From a virus (Duplodnaviria > Caudoviricetes): 64,000 bases of DNA. The DNA lies in IMG/VR virus record IMGVR_UViG_2974692648_000001, positions 173,510-237,509 of that record. One strand, written 5' to 3'. How positions within the stretch are numbered: the first letter of the stretch is position 1; each line of letters opens with the position of its first letter. Under the pieces are notes generated by a model. It was not told where the DNA came from. It worked only from the letters and a program-made list of their open reading frames with translations, and ran no database searches. Of the stretch, positions 57,006 to 64,000 are shown in pieces. The position numbers and the translations under genes were made by a program.

Positions 57006-58184
57006 ATGTCCATCGAGTTACCTATCGCTGAAGATCCAATCACAGCATTGACTTTTAAGAACATAGAAAAGTACTATAAGGAAAAGCGGAAGTTTACTGA
57101 TATCGCTAAAATTCAAAAGATTTGTCCCAACGCGATTACCAAACGTTTTGAAATCCAAGGGTTCGAAACCCCGGTGTACTACTTGAAAGAGTTACGTAAA
57201 GAGTTAGCTAAAACTTTAGTCACCGAAGGTGAGCTCTCATTGAGTGAGATAGCAAAAACCCTCGGTTACGATAAGACAATGAATTTCTACGTTTGGTACC
57301 AGTCTGTTTTTGGAGAACGTCCTACTAAAGTGCGAGCAAGAATGGGTCTTAAGTCTAAGACTCCGTGTCTAGGTGTGATCGACGCTATCGCTGAATCTAT
57401 TGCCTCAAAGATCGATCTCAACCCTAACCTTTACAAAAACGCCACTGAGCTCATGGAAGGTCACGAATATAGTGTCGTTTACATTAAGCGCACATTTATC
57501 AAAATGTACGGTAAGACACCTCGAGCTTATTTATTGGACCGACAACTAGAGTACGTTGCAGGCCAAATAAAGAATCACGGTTATAAGGAAAGTCGTTTAA
57601 TGGAAATGACCATGCATAACGCACCTACCGGACTCAATAAGGCTTTCAAAGCTAAGTACGGTATGACGACCAGTGATTACGGTGAATCTTTGTCGATCGG
57701 CACGTGGGCTAAAGTTCATGGTGAAAACGTGTGGGTGATGCCCTCACTTATGGATGAGATCTTGGACAACGTTACTGAGAACTTACTTGACGACCGCTTT
57801 AACCTTTACCAACTAAGAGACTTCTACGGCCTCAACTCACATTCTTGGGAACGAATGTTTAAGCTCTACACAGGCATGCTTCCAAGTAAGGCGCGTCAGT
57901 GTATTCGTTTAGAGTTAATCGTTTACTTCCTGCAAAACACCCGCTGGAAGTTCGCAAAGATCTTGAGAAAGGTTGGTTCTGATTATGAGTATGACGTCAG
58001 ACGACAAATGAAAGAATGTTACGGGTTGACTCCGGTTGAGATCCGTAAACTAAAAGGTCCACTTACCCGCTTTCATAATACGGAACAATTCGTTCGTTTT
58101 GTTAAATCCAACGCCGACCAATGTATCGAAGACGATAAGATTCGCTTAGAGAAAATCAAGGAAATTGAATTATGTACCCCGTAG
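57006..58184 (+). CDS. protein with three tandem AraC/MarA-like HTH domains
   Basis: TP..YL..LR...AK.L.....LSLSEIA..LGY....F...Y...FG..P pattern, repeated at GKTPRAYL...FKAKYGMT and F..YTG..P...YGLTP. Confidence 0.8.
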   Translation: MSIELPIAEDPITALTFKNIEKYYKEKRKFTDIAKIQKICPNAITKRFEIQGFETPVYYLKELRKELAKTLVTEGELSLSEIAKTLGYDKTMNFYVWYQSVFGERPTKVRARMGLKSKTPCLGVIDAIAESIASKIDLNPNLYKNATELMEGHEYSVVYIKRTFIKMYGKTPRAYLLDRQLEYVAGQIKNHGYKESRLMEMTMHNAPTGLNKAFKAKYGMTTSDYGESLSIGTWAKVHGENVWVMPSLMDEILDNVTENLLDDRFNLYQLRDFYGLNSHSWERMFKLYTGMLPSKARQCIRLELIVYFLQNTRWKFAKILRKVGSDYEYDVRRQMKECYGLTPVEIRKLKGPLTRFHNTEQFVRFVKSNADQCIEDDKIRLEKIKEIELCTP

Positions 58185-58897
58185 ATAAAGAATCCAGAAC
58201 TCGTTTAATGGATGATTTGGACAAATGGATAAGTGAACACTACCTAGAAAAAGTCACCGTCAAAGACTTAAGTCATCAACTAGGCGTGTACATTCCAGAT
58301 GTCTACCGTTTGTTTGCCGAGCAACGTAATACTACTCCTGGTGAATACCTTCGACGCAAACGCTTAGTCAAAGCCAAGTCTTTATTGGAGTCAGGAGTCA
58401 GACCAACGTTAGCCGGAGCCCACGTTGGTTATTCTCACTTTCAATCTTTCATCAAAGAGTACAAAGCTTTCTTTAAACGCCATCCTCGTGAGGATTATGT
58501 GGATTCCCTCGAGGTCCCGACTATGGATTCTTATTCTAAAGAAACTATGGACCGATATTATCCTAGTGAGTTGCGTGAGAAGATATTGGATCATTTGATT
58601 AAAAACATCAAAGTTAATTTTAATTACGCTGATGTAGAAAAGAAGTTTGGTTTACCAGATCGTAGCTTAAGCGAAATGTTTGAACACTATTACGGTAAAC
58701 CCTATCGTGAATGGAGAAAGGATACTAGGATGAAATTAGCTAAGGACTTGCTCCACAAAAATCCAAGTATTAAGATTGCTGACTTGGCGACTACTGTAGG
58801 TTCTTGTAGTGCGACCTATTTACGGAAGCAATACCAAGAAGTCTACGGAGTTAATATCGTTGAACTCCGGGAAACTTTGAGAGGCGCGTGTGTCTGA
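58172..58897 (+). CDS. protein with two tandem AraC/MarA-like HTH domains
   Basis: WISEHY...TPGEYLRRKRLVKAKSLL...VGYS...F; second copy GKPY..WR...RMKLAKDLL...KIADLA..VG. Confidence 0.85.
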   Translation: MYPVDKESRTRLMDDLDKWISEHYLEKVTVKDLSHQLGVYIPDVYRLFAEQRNTTPGEYLRRKRLVKAKSLLESGVRPTLAGAHVGYSHFQSFIKEYKAFFKRHPREDYVDSLEVPTMDSYSKETMDRYYPSELREKILDHLIKNIKVNFNYADVEKKFGLPDRSLSEMFEHYYGKPYREWRKDTRMKLAKDLLHKNPSIKIADLATTVGSCSATYLRKQYQEVYGVNIVELRETLRGACV

Positions 58898-59591
58898 TAA
58901 GAAATCCAGAGAGCTCAAGAAACTCAAAAATGCGGCTAAGAAATATTGTCTGGAGCCTAATGCCTCGGAATTAGTTTTAAAGAAAACGAGGATGACTCCC
59001 TCTAAAGTCATTAAAATATTCCGTGATACAGGGGAGGGGAGTTTGTATGATTACATTACCCATTTAAAAATGTTAGAGGCGAAGAAACTCTTAGATGACA
59101 CAGATCTTAACCTAACCTCTATTTCTAGAGCAATTGGGTATGCTAATCATAAATCGTTGAGAGAAAACTTCATCAAACAATTTGGTATGTATCCCTTGAA
59201 TTACCGCAACCGACCGAAGACCAACGACCTGGCTTGGGATTTGTTTAAAACTCATCCCAAGTTAACGGTACACCGTCAGACGTTTTTGCTAGATCATATC
59301 AAGAAACATTACAAAAGTTCTGATTTAAGCATCCAGACTCTATCGGACCGATTCCGTTTAACCCACCAAGAAATAGAACTGATTATCAAACACCATTATA
59401 GATTGGGATTGAAACAACTCTTATTAGACTTGCGTTTAAATCAAGCACATACCAAACTGCCTAATTACTATAAGCCATTGCGTCAACTCGCTGAGGAGTT
59501 AGGCTTCCTTGACTTTAGTTATTTCGTAGCGAAGTTCGAAGGGAAATATGGAATGGGACCTAAACGTTATCAACAACACGCACGTCTTTAA
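58890..59591 (+). CDS. protein with two tandem AraC/MarA-like HTH domains
   Basis: SLYDYI..LKM.EAKKLL.DTDL....IS.AIGY...FGMYP; second LRL.QA...LAEELGF.D.SYF..KF...YGMGP..Y. Confidence 0.85.
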   Translation: MSDKKSRELKKLKNAAKKYCLEPNASELVLKKTRMTPSKVIKIFRDTGEGSLYDYITHLKMLEAKKLLDDTDLNLTSISRAIGYANHKSLRENFIKQFGMYPLNYRNRPKTNDLAWDLFKTHPKLTVHRQTFLLDHIKKHYKSSDLSIQTLSDRFRLTHQEIELIIKHHYRLGLKQLLLDLRLNQAHTKLPNYYKPLRQLAEELGFLDFSYFVAKFEGKYGMGPKRYQQHARL

Positions 59592-59620
59592 ATTAATCTT
59601 TAACTCAGTGTACATTGTAT

Positions 59621-60189
59621 GTGAGCGGTACAAGATTAGGTTTAGCTAGACTAGCGTGTCCGAAAAGAAAAGGTGTATACCGCGAGTCCGACCTAGGAAG
59701 TTATTCCTTCATTACAACCGCTCACAGCTTACTCATATCGTGTTACGAGTATAAAGCGCAGATCGCCACCCCCATGGCGATCACTATTTTCAGTCCAGAA
59801 TGACGACCTGTATCCCTTGTCATCGATGTTAGTTACTTGTTCTGGACTGAACCCTATTTGATCTAATGCCTCCAAATGGTTTTCTCCCTGTGTTACACAG
59901 CCATCACCATTAGGTCAAATAACTAAACGGAAGCCGAGCCTTCTGTTTGTTGGACCGAGTTGCCTTTAACTCCTCGGTCCCCAGCGGTAAACCCCTTGAC
60001 CGCTATAAAAAAAGGAGAGCGTTTTCTGCCAGCTCCAACGCTCCAATAAAGGGATGCTACGCCGAGGCTAGCCGGCTGGGTTTTCGACCGCAAAAGACAA
60101 ATGTCTTTGAGAATCCAGTTCGGGTACTTTCAGCGAGGTACTGTGAAACACTGCTTTGACCATCCCGAAGCCCGGGATGGTACTTTTTT
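59621..60189 (+). ncRNA. candidate large structured non-coding RNA (~570 nt)
   Basis: At least 10 consecutive helices with plus-strand G-U pairs, no RBS-supported ORF, ends in an intrinsic terminator. Confidence 0.7.
60159..60189 (+). terminator. intrinsic terminator
   Basis: ACCATCCCG-aagcc-CGGGATGGT followed by T6. Confidence 0.85.
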
Positions 60190-60229
60190 GCATTTTAAAT
60201 ATTTTAGCTAAACTTTAAAGGAGTTTATT

Positions 60230-61195
60230 ATGTCTACATTACGTGCATGGTGTGTTGGTGGTGCGGGTATCAACATTGGTTCGGCATGGAACAAATCACT
60301 AAGAAATCTACCTTTAGCAAAAGTGGATTTCATTGGTCTAGATACGTCCATGAATAACCGTCCGGATGATGACGCCTTCACTGTCGAATCACCAGCAAAC
60401 ACCCGAGGTGGTGGTAAGAAGCGTACACTTAATCGTGACCTTATCCCAGACTTCGTAAAACAGATGCTTATCAAACACCGTCCAGGTGACTTCAACGTAG
60501 TCATCTACAGTGGTGCAGGTGCGTCAGGTTCTACGATTGGTCCTTACTTGGTTCGTGCGCTTATGGAAGCCGGTGTTCCAGTGGTTTCTTTCTTAGTTTT
60601 GGATCAAACTACAGACATCGAGTTTGAAAACACACTCGCAACCCTTCGCTCTCTGGATGGTCAACGTAAGTATTTCAACCAACCAGTCGTTCTAGATGTA
60701 TTAGAGAACAATGAGCGAATGAATCGTGGTCAGATGAACGAACTCGCGGTAGAGCGATTAAACCTACTCAGCTTGTTCTTAACCGATGTTCATGAGGAAT
60801 CCGACTACGAAGATGTTCGTCACTTACTGAACTACTCTAGTGCGATCGATATTCCACCTGCACTAACTCGTATTGAGTACTATGATGGTCAAACCATCGA
60901 CCAACGTCAAGGTGTTGCAGTAGCGAGTTTCTCTCTTTACTCTCACCGTAACGATATCCGTTCTGTACAGATTGGTAAGAGTTACCGTGTGACAGGTGTT
61001 ATGCACCCAGACACAATCACCCCTAACAAAACAGGTGAGTTACACATGATGTTAGAGTACGATAGTGTGACCGACCAACTTATCGAAGACCTACAGCGTT
61101 CTGAGCAACAAGCAGCAGAGCGTCAAGCACAGTTTCACAAGACCCGTGCTAAAGACCTCACAGAAGACGCTGATGGCGATTCAATGTGCTGGTAA
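60230..61195 (+). CDS. phuZ: phage tubulin PhuZ
   Basis: GGAGINIG, DTS, GGGK.R, tubulin signature variant SGAGASGSTIGP, acidic C-terminal tail; 321 aa. Confidence 0.92.
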   Translation: MSTLRAWCVGGAGINIGSAWNKSLRNLPLAKVDFIGLDTSMNNRPDDDAFTVESPANTRGGGKKRTLNRDLIPDFVKQMLIKHRPGDFNVVIYSGAGASGSTIGPYLVRALMEAGVPVVSFLVLDQTTDIEFENTLATLRSLDGQRKYFNQPVVLDVLENNERMNRGQMNELAVERLNLLSLFLTDVHEESDYEDVRHLLNYSSAIDIPPALTRIEYYDGQTIDQRQGVAVASFSLYSHRNDIRSVQIGKSYRVTGVMHPDTITPNKTGELHMMLEYDSVTDQLIEDLQRSEQQAAERQAQFHKTRAKDLTEDADGDSMCW

Positions 61196-61216
61196 TACCT
61201 AAGTAAGTCTTAACTG

Positions 61217-61263
61217 CGTATGGCATCTTCTAGGTGCCATACGTTTAATATTTATTATTTTTT
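61217..61263 (+). terminator. intrinsic terminator
   Basis: CGTATGGCATCT-tct-AGGTGCCATACG followed by AT/T-rich tail. Confidence 0.75.
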
Positions 61264-61288
61264 AGTTTTATTAAAAACGGGAAGATAA

Positions 61289-61582
61289 ATGAGTAAAACT
61301 TGTATTCGAGTCATTTCCGTGACTCTTAACGAATTTACAGAGTTCATGAAAGACGAACAATCCGTTTTTAATGGAATTGCACTCGTCCAAGAAACTTTAA
61401 CTGATTTGGGATACCATGTCACAAATCGTCACTTAATAACTGGGGATGAAGCCTCGCTTTACCCAGTCAAACTTTTCATTAAAACCGCACTAGAGGGACA
61501 GACCAATGGAATACCTACTAACGTCAACGTTATGGTAAGACCGGCAAGTCCTGGGTGCTACGCTGTTATGTTTTTCAAATAA
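61289..61582 (+). CDS. hypothetical protein
   Basis: GGGA RBS, 97 aa. Confidence 0.65.
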   Translation: MSKTCIRVISVTLNEFTEFMKDEQSVFNGIALVQETLTDLGYHVTNRHLITGDEASLYPVKLFIKTALEGQTNGIPTNVNVMVRPASPGCYAVMFFK

Positions 61583-61591
61583 GGGGTTATT

Positions 61592-62080
61592 ATGTACGTT
61601 ATCAACACGGGTCAGATTATGCGAGATCTACTCACGTTCGATAAGTTAGATTTTGATGAATTCTTAATCCATGGTTATGTTCATGCCCTGGTGGAAGACG
61701 TGATTCGAGTTTTTAACTCTAAAGACTTCGACCAAGCTTACGATCGCATCGGACACCTAACTACATTGTTAGGTAATAACCCGGCGGTGGAAACCATTTA
61801 TATGGACCAGCTTGAAAATCTACGCAAGTATGTTCGTCAGGCTGGATGGGACCCACGTGTCCATATTAAGATTTGTGAAGATAAAAGCATAAAAGATCGA
61901 AGTGGGATTATTCAACAGATCTTACTTATCATGGACCTGGATGCCACATTCGAATCAATGTTAGTCGAAACAGATTCAACTACTTCTTTAGGAGAACTTG
62001 TCAGTGATAACCCTAGCCAGGACGATCTCGCAAAAGTTATCGAAGATGAAATTGCTAGCTCTGAGTCTGGAGCAAGTTAA
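61592..62080 (+). CDS. hypothetical protein
   Basis: AAGGGG RBS, 162 aa. Confidence 0.7.
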   Translation: MYVINTGQIMRDLLTFDKLDFDEFLIHGYVHALVEDVIRVFNSKDFDQAYDRIGHLTTLLGNNPAVETIYMDQLENLRKYVRQAGWDPRVHIKICEDKSIKDRSGIIQQILLIMDLDATFESMLVETDSTTSLGELVSDNPSQDDLAKVIEDEIASSESGAS

Positions 62081-62582
62081 AGCTTTAACCTGGGAGTTGA
62101 TGTACGAGAATGACCTCAGACCCATACCTTTAGAGAAAACTGCTGATGTTCACGCAGGTTTGTTGTACATGGGGATTAAGCTGGTGTGTGACCACCCAAA
62201 GTTCAAACTGGGCCCCGCTCCCTCCGAACCAATTAAATACGAACCCTTGTATTTTTACGACAAAGCGGCTGAACGAGAAGACTTTGAAATAGTAACACTG
62301 TATCCGGAATACGACATCTCTTTTTTGAATCGTTATTATTCCGCCAGAGTGTTAGATGAAATTACATCGGAAATACAATTCGGTGTCTTACAACTGTTGT
62401 ACAGCGTGACCCCGAATACTTATTTTGACCATATCGTTACAGTAACTGTACCGAATACTGAATTTATGGTCATCACTGTACACGAAGACGACTTAGAGGA
62501 AAGCGATGCTGACGATATATCAGATGCAACCGATGGCGGACTTCATTCAGAGACGATGTTTGACGGATTTCACCACAGTTAG
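62046..62582 (+). CDS. hypothetical protein
   Basis: Likely ATG 62046; acidic C-terminus. Confidence 0.6.
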   Translation: MKLLALSLEQVKALTWELMYENDLRPIPLEKTADVHAGLLYMGIKLVCDHPKFKLGPAPSEPIKYEPLYFYDKAAEREDFEIVTLYPEYDISFLNRYYSARVLDEITSEIQFGVLQLLYSVTPNTYFDHIVTVTVPNTEFMVITVHEDDLEESDADDISDATDGGLHSETMFDGFHHS

Positions 62583-62889
62583 TCAAGCGGACCTATTGCA
62601 TATCTTTTTCTATACAGCTTATGAAAATGTCGTGAGTTGGGGAAGAGAACAAGCGGTCCAACAAGCACAGTCCGGCATGTTAAGTAACGTACTCCGTGAA
62701 CTTATCCATGGGGATTGTGTGAACGATTTCCCATGGATCCTAGCGGACATGGAATTAAGTGCTATCGGTACAAATATGGTAGAGGATATTGATGACATGT
62801 TGCAATTACATGAACTCACCGCCTACAATCCTCTACCTAACGTAGAAAAACCAAATTCAATGATGTTGGAGCTCACTCATGAATGCTAA
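62506..62889 (+). CDS. hypothetical protein
   Basis: GAGGA RBS, 127 aa. Confidence 0.65.
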   Translation: MLTIYQMQPMADFIQRRCLTDFTTVSQADLLHIFFYTAYENVVSWGREQAVQQAQSGMLSNVLRELIHGDCVNDFPWILADMELSAIGTNMVEDIDDMLQLHELTAYNPLPNVEKPNSMMLELTHEC

Positions 62890-63205
62890 CACTATTAACC
62901 ACTCTTTCACCATCCCACCTGCGACGGACATCGAAGCCTTGATGACTTTCGTTGGGGGACTGCTAAATGCTCACCAAGTCCCAAACGGTATTCAAACTTT
63001 ACAGACTGTTGAGTTAGATCACCCTATCGAAGAGTCTAAGAAACAATTGATGCAAGAAGCGTATCGTCTTAACGAACTGATTAGTGGTTTGAAGTCACAA
63101 TACAGTTCCGTAGAAGTGACTGACGCGAAAATGGCGGGGTTAAACGTCATGATCGTGTTTAAAGTCTCAGGGGACCGATCTAATGAATTTATTTCTATTA
63201 GCTGA
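62879..63205 (+). CDS. hypothetical protein
   Basis: GGAG RBS, 108 aa. Confidence 0.65.
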   Translation: MNANTINHSFTIPPATDIEALMTFVGGLLNAHQVPNGIQTLQTVELDHPIEESKKQLMQEAYRLNELISGLKSQYSSVEVTDAKMAGLNVMIVFKVSGDRSNEFISIS

Positions 63206-63509
63206 TATCGACTACCCATTAATGGCTCGTTACGTTAATTCGTTATACGACCCAGATGCATGGGTGTTAAGTTCCGACATGCTAGGAACACACCTGAATG
63301 ATCACTTCTATCACCTGAATGGGACCGAAGACCCAGACCCTACTCTCACCCAATTCATTTTCCCTGACGAAACTTTGTACAATTCTTTCGTCCCGGTTAT
63401 GAAAGATCACACCGCGGCAGTATTGGATATCGATGAAGGTATTTCTTGTTCTTGTCCCATGATCATGTTAGTGAGTCGTGCGTATTATGATCATTTCTAT
63501 AGGCAATAA
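63183..63509 (+). CDS. hypothetical protein
   Basis: GGGGA RBS, 108 aa. Confidence 0.6.
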   Translation: MNLFLLADIDYPLMARYVNSLYDPDAWVLSSDMLGTHLNDHFYHLNGTEDPDPTLTQFIFPDETLYNSFVPVMKDHTAAVLDIDEGISCSCPMIMLVSRAYYDHFYRQ

Positions 63510-63538
63510 CTGCCTAACCAGACTATAGGAGTTCAAAC

Positions 63539-63946
63539 GTGATCTACAACATAGGTGATGAAGATCGCATTAGTTTCCGTATCGTTGAATCTGGTTTGAT
63601 GAACAGTTCTTTCGAAGGTGTAACCTACCAAGGCACAGTGTCTTATGCCGTGGCTTTGCAGTTAACCAAAGACATCAACATCAAACACCAGAATCTACGT
63701 GCGTACTTTAAAGGCGACTACCCTAATGCCATCAACCCTTCTGACTATAAGTACCTTCTGGTCAAACACCTTAATGGTAAAGTCGAAGCCATTGGCGAAC
63801 CTTGGATAGTTAAGAACTCACTCAAAGTAGTGAACGTTCAATCCAAGGTCATTACTATCTCTAACTGGTCTGCATGGTTTAATGACCCTATCGAAGATCT
63901 ATTAACTTCTTTAGGTGCAACTTACACCATCAGTGATAAAGAGTAA
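63539..63946 (+). CDS. conserved phiKZ-like hypothetical protein (possible SH3-like fold)
   Basis: AGGAG RBS, GTG start; H.N...Y, P..Y.Y, IG.PWI motifs recalled from jumbo-phage proteins near PhuZ. Confidence 0.65.
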   Translation: MIYNIGDEDRISFRIVESGLMNSSFEGVTYQGTVSYAVALQLTKDINIKHQNLRAYFKGDYPNAINPSDYKYLLVKHLNGKVEAIGEPWIVKNSLKVVNVQSKVITISNWSAWFNDPIEDLLTSLGATYTISDKE

Positions 63947-63951
63947 TCTCC

Positions 63952-64000
63952 CTACCCTACCCTCTATGGGTAGGGTAGTTTCTACCTTCTTATTTTTTTT
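63952..64000 (+). terminator. intrinsic terminator
   Basis: CTACCCTACCC-tctat-GGGTAGGGTAG followed by T-rich tail. Confidence 0.75.

Noticed and set aside
59615-60159. ORFs 59615..59803 (62 aa) and 59947..60159 (70 aa)
   Set aside because: TTG-type starts without RBS and atypical composition; the dense base-pairing is better explained by an RNA
59621-60189. tmRNA, tRNA cluster, group I/II intron or retron msr-msd
   Set aside because: No GGGG..CCA acceptor ends, T-loop or intron core motifs seen; no interrupted gene and no reverse transcriptase in the window
59621-60189. Minus-strand CsrB-like sponge (GGA in loops)
   Set aside because: G-U pairs and the terminator both favour the plus strand, and canonical CAGGAUG repeats are absent; kept only as a minor alternative
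213-63219. Many short antisense or out-of-frame ORFs nested in long genes (e.g. 10260..10733 -, 28254..28730 -, 38375..38827 -, 47477..47755 -)
   Set aside because: Shadow ORFs of well-supported genes, without RBS or recognisable motifs

Overview
A 64 kb segment of a phiKZ-like (Chimalliviridae-type) jumbo phage genome. The Vibrio/Haemophilus-type ThyA hints at a Vibrionales-like gammaproteobacterial host (inference). 1-11 kb is an accessory/early region: membrane proteins, an HD hydrolase, ThyA, a duplicated two-gene module containing proteasome/HslV-like Ntn-hydrolases, and two Cys-His-Asp transglutaminase-like proteins flanking a Nudix hydrolase. 11-44 kb is the phiKZ gp30-gp25-like block (tail tube and sheath on minus; gp28/27/26-like and terminase on plus). 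Here the gp26-like protein carries a long Ig-like extension, two giant Ig-repeat proteins (about 3500 and 2550 aa) are inserted before the terminase, and the terminase holds a class-3 intein. 44-57 kb has thymidylate kinase, hypothetical and paralogous genes, an HNH endonuclease and two unusual non-coding loci (iteron-like repeats with an AT tract; ssDNA-type hairpins). 57-60.2 kb holds three genes built only of seven AraC/MarA-like DNA-binding domains, followed by a roughly 570-nt densely base-paired non-coding RNA candidate; this is the best candidate for an undescribed system. PhuZ tubulin and small genes end the window. All assignments come from motif recognition by eye; no searches or folding programs were run.
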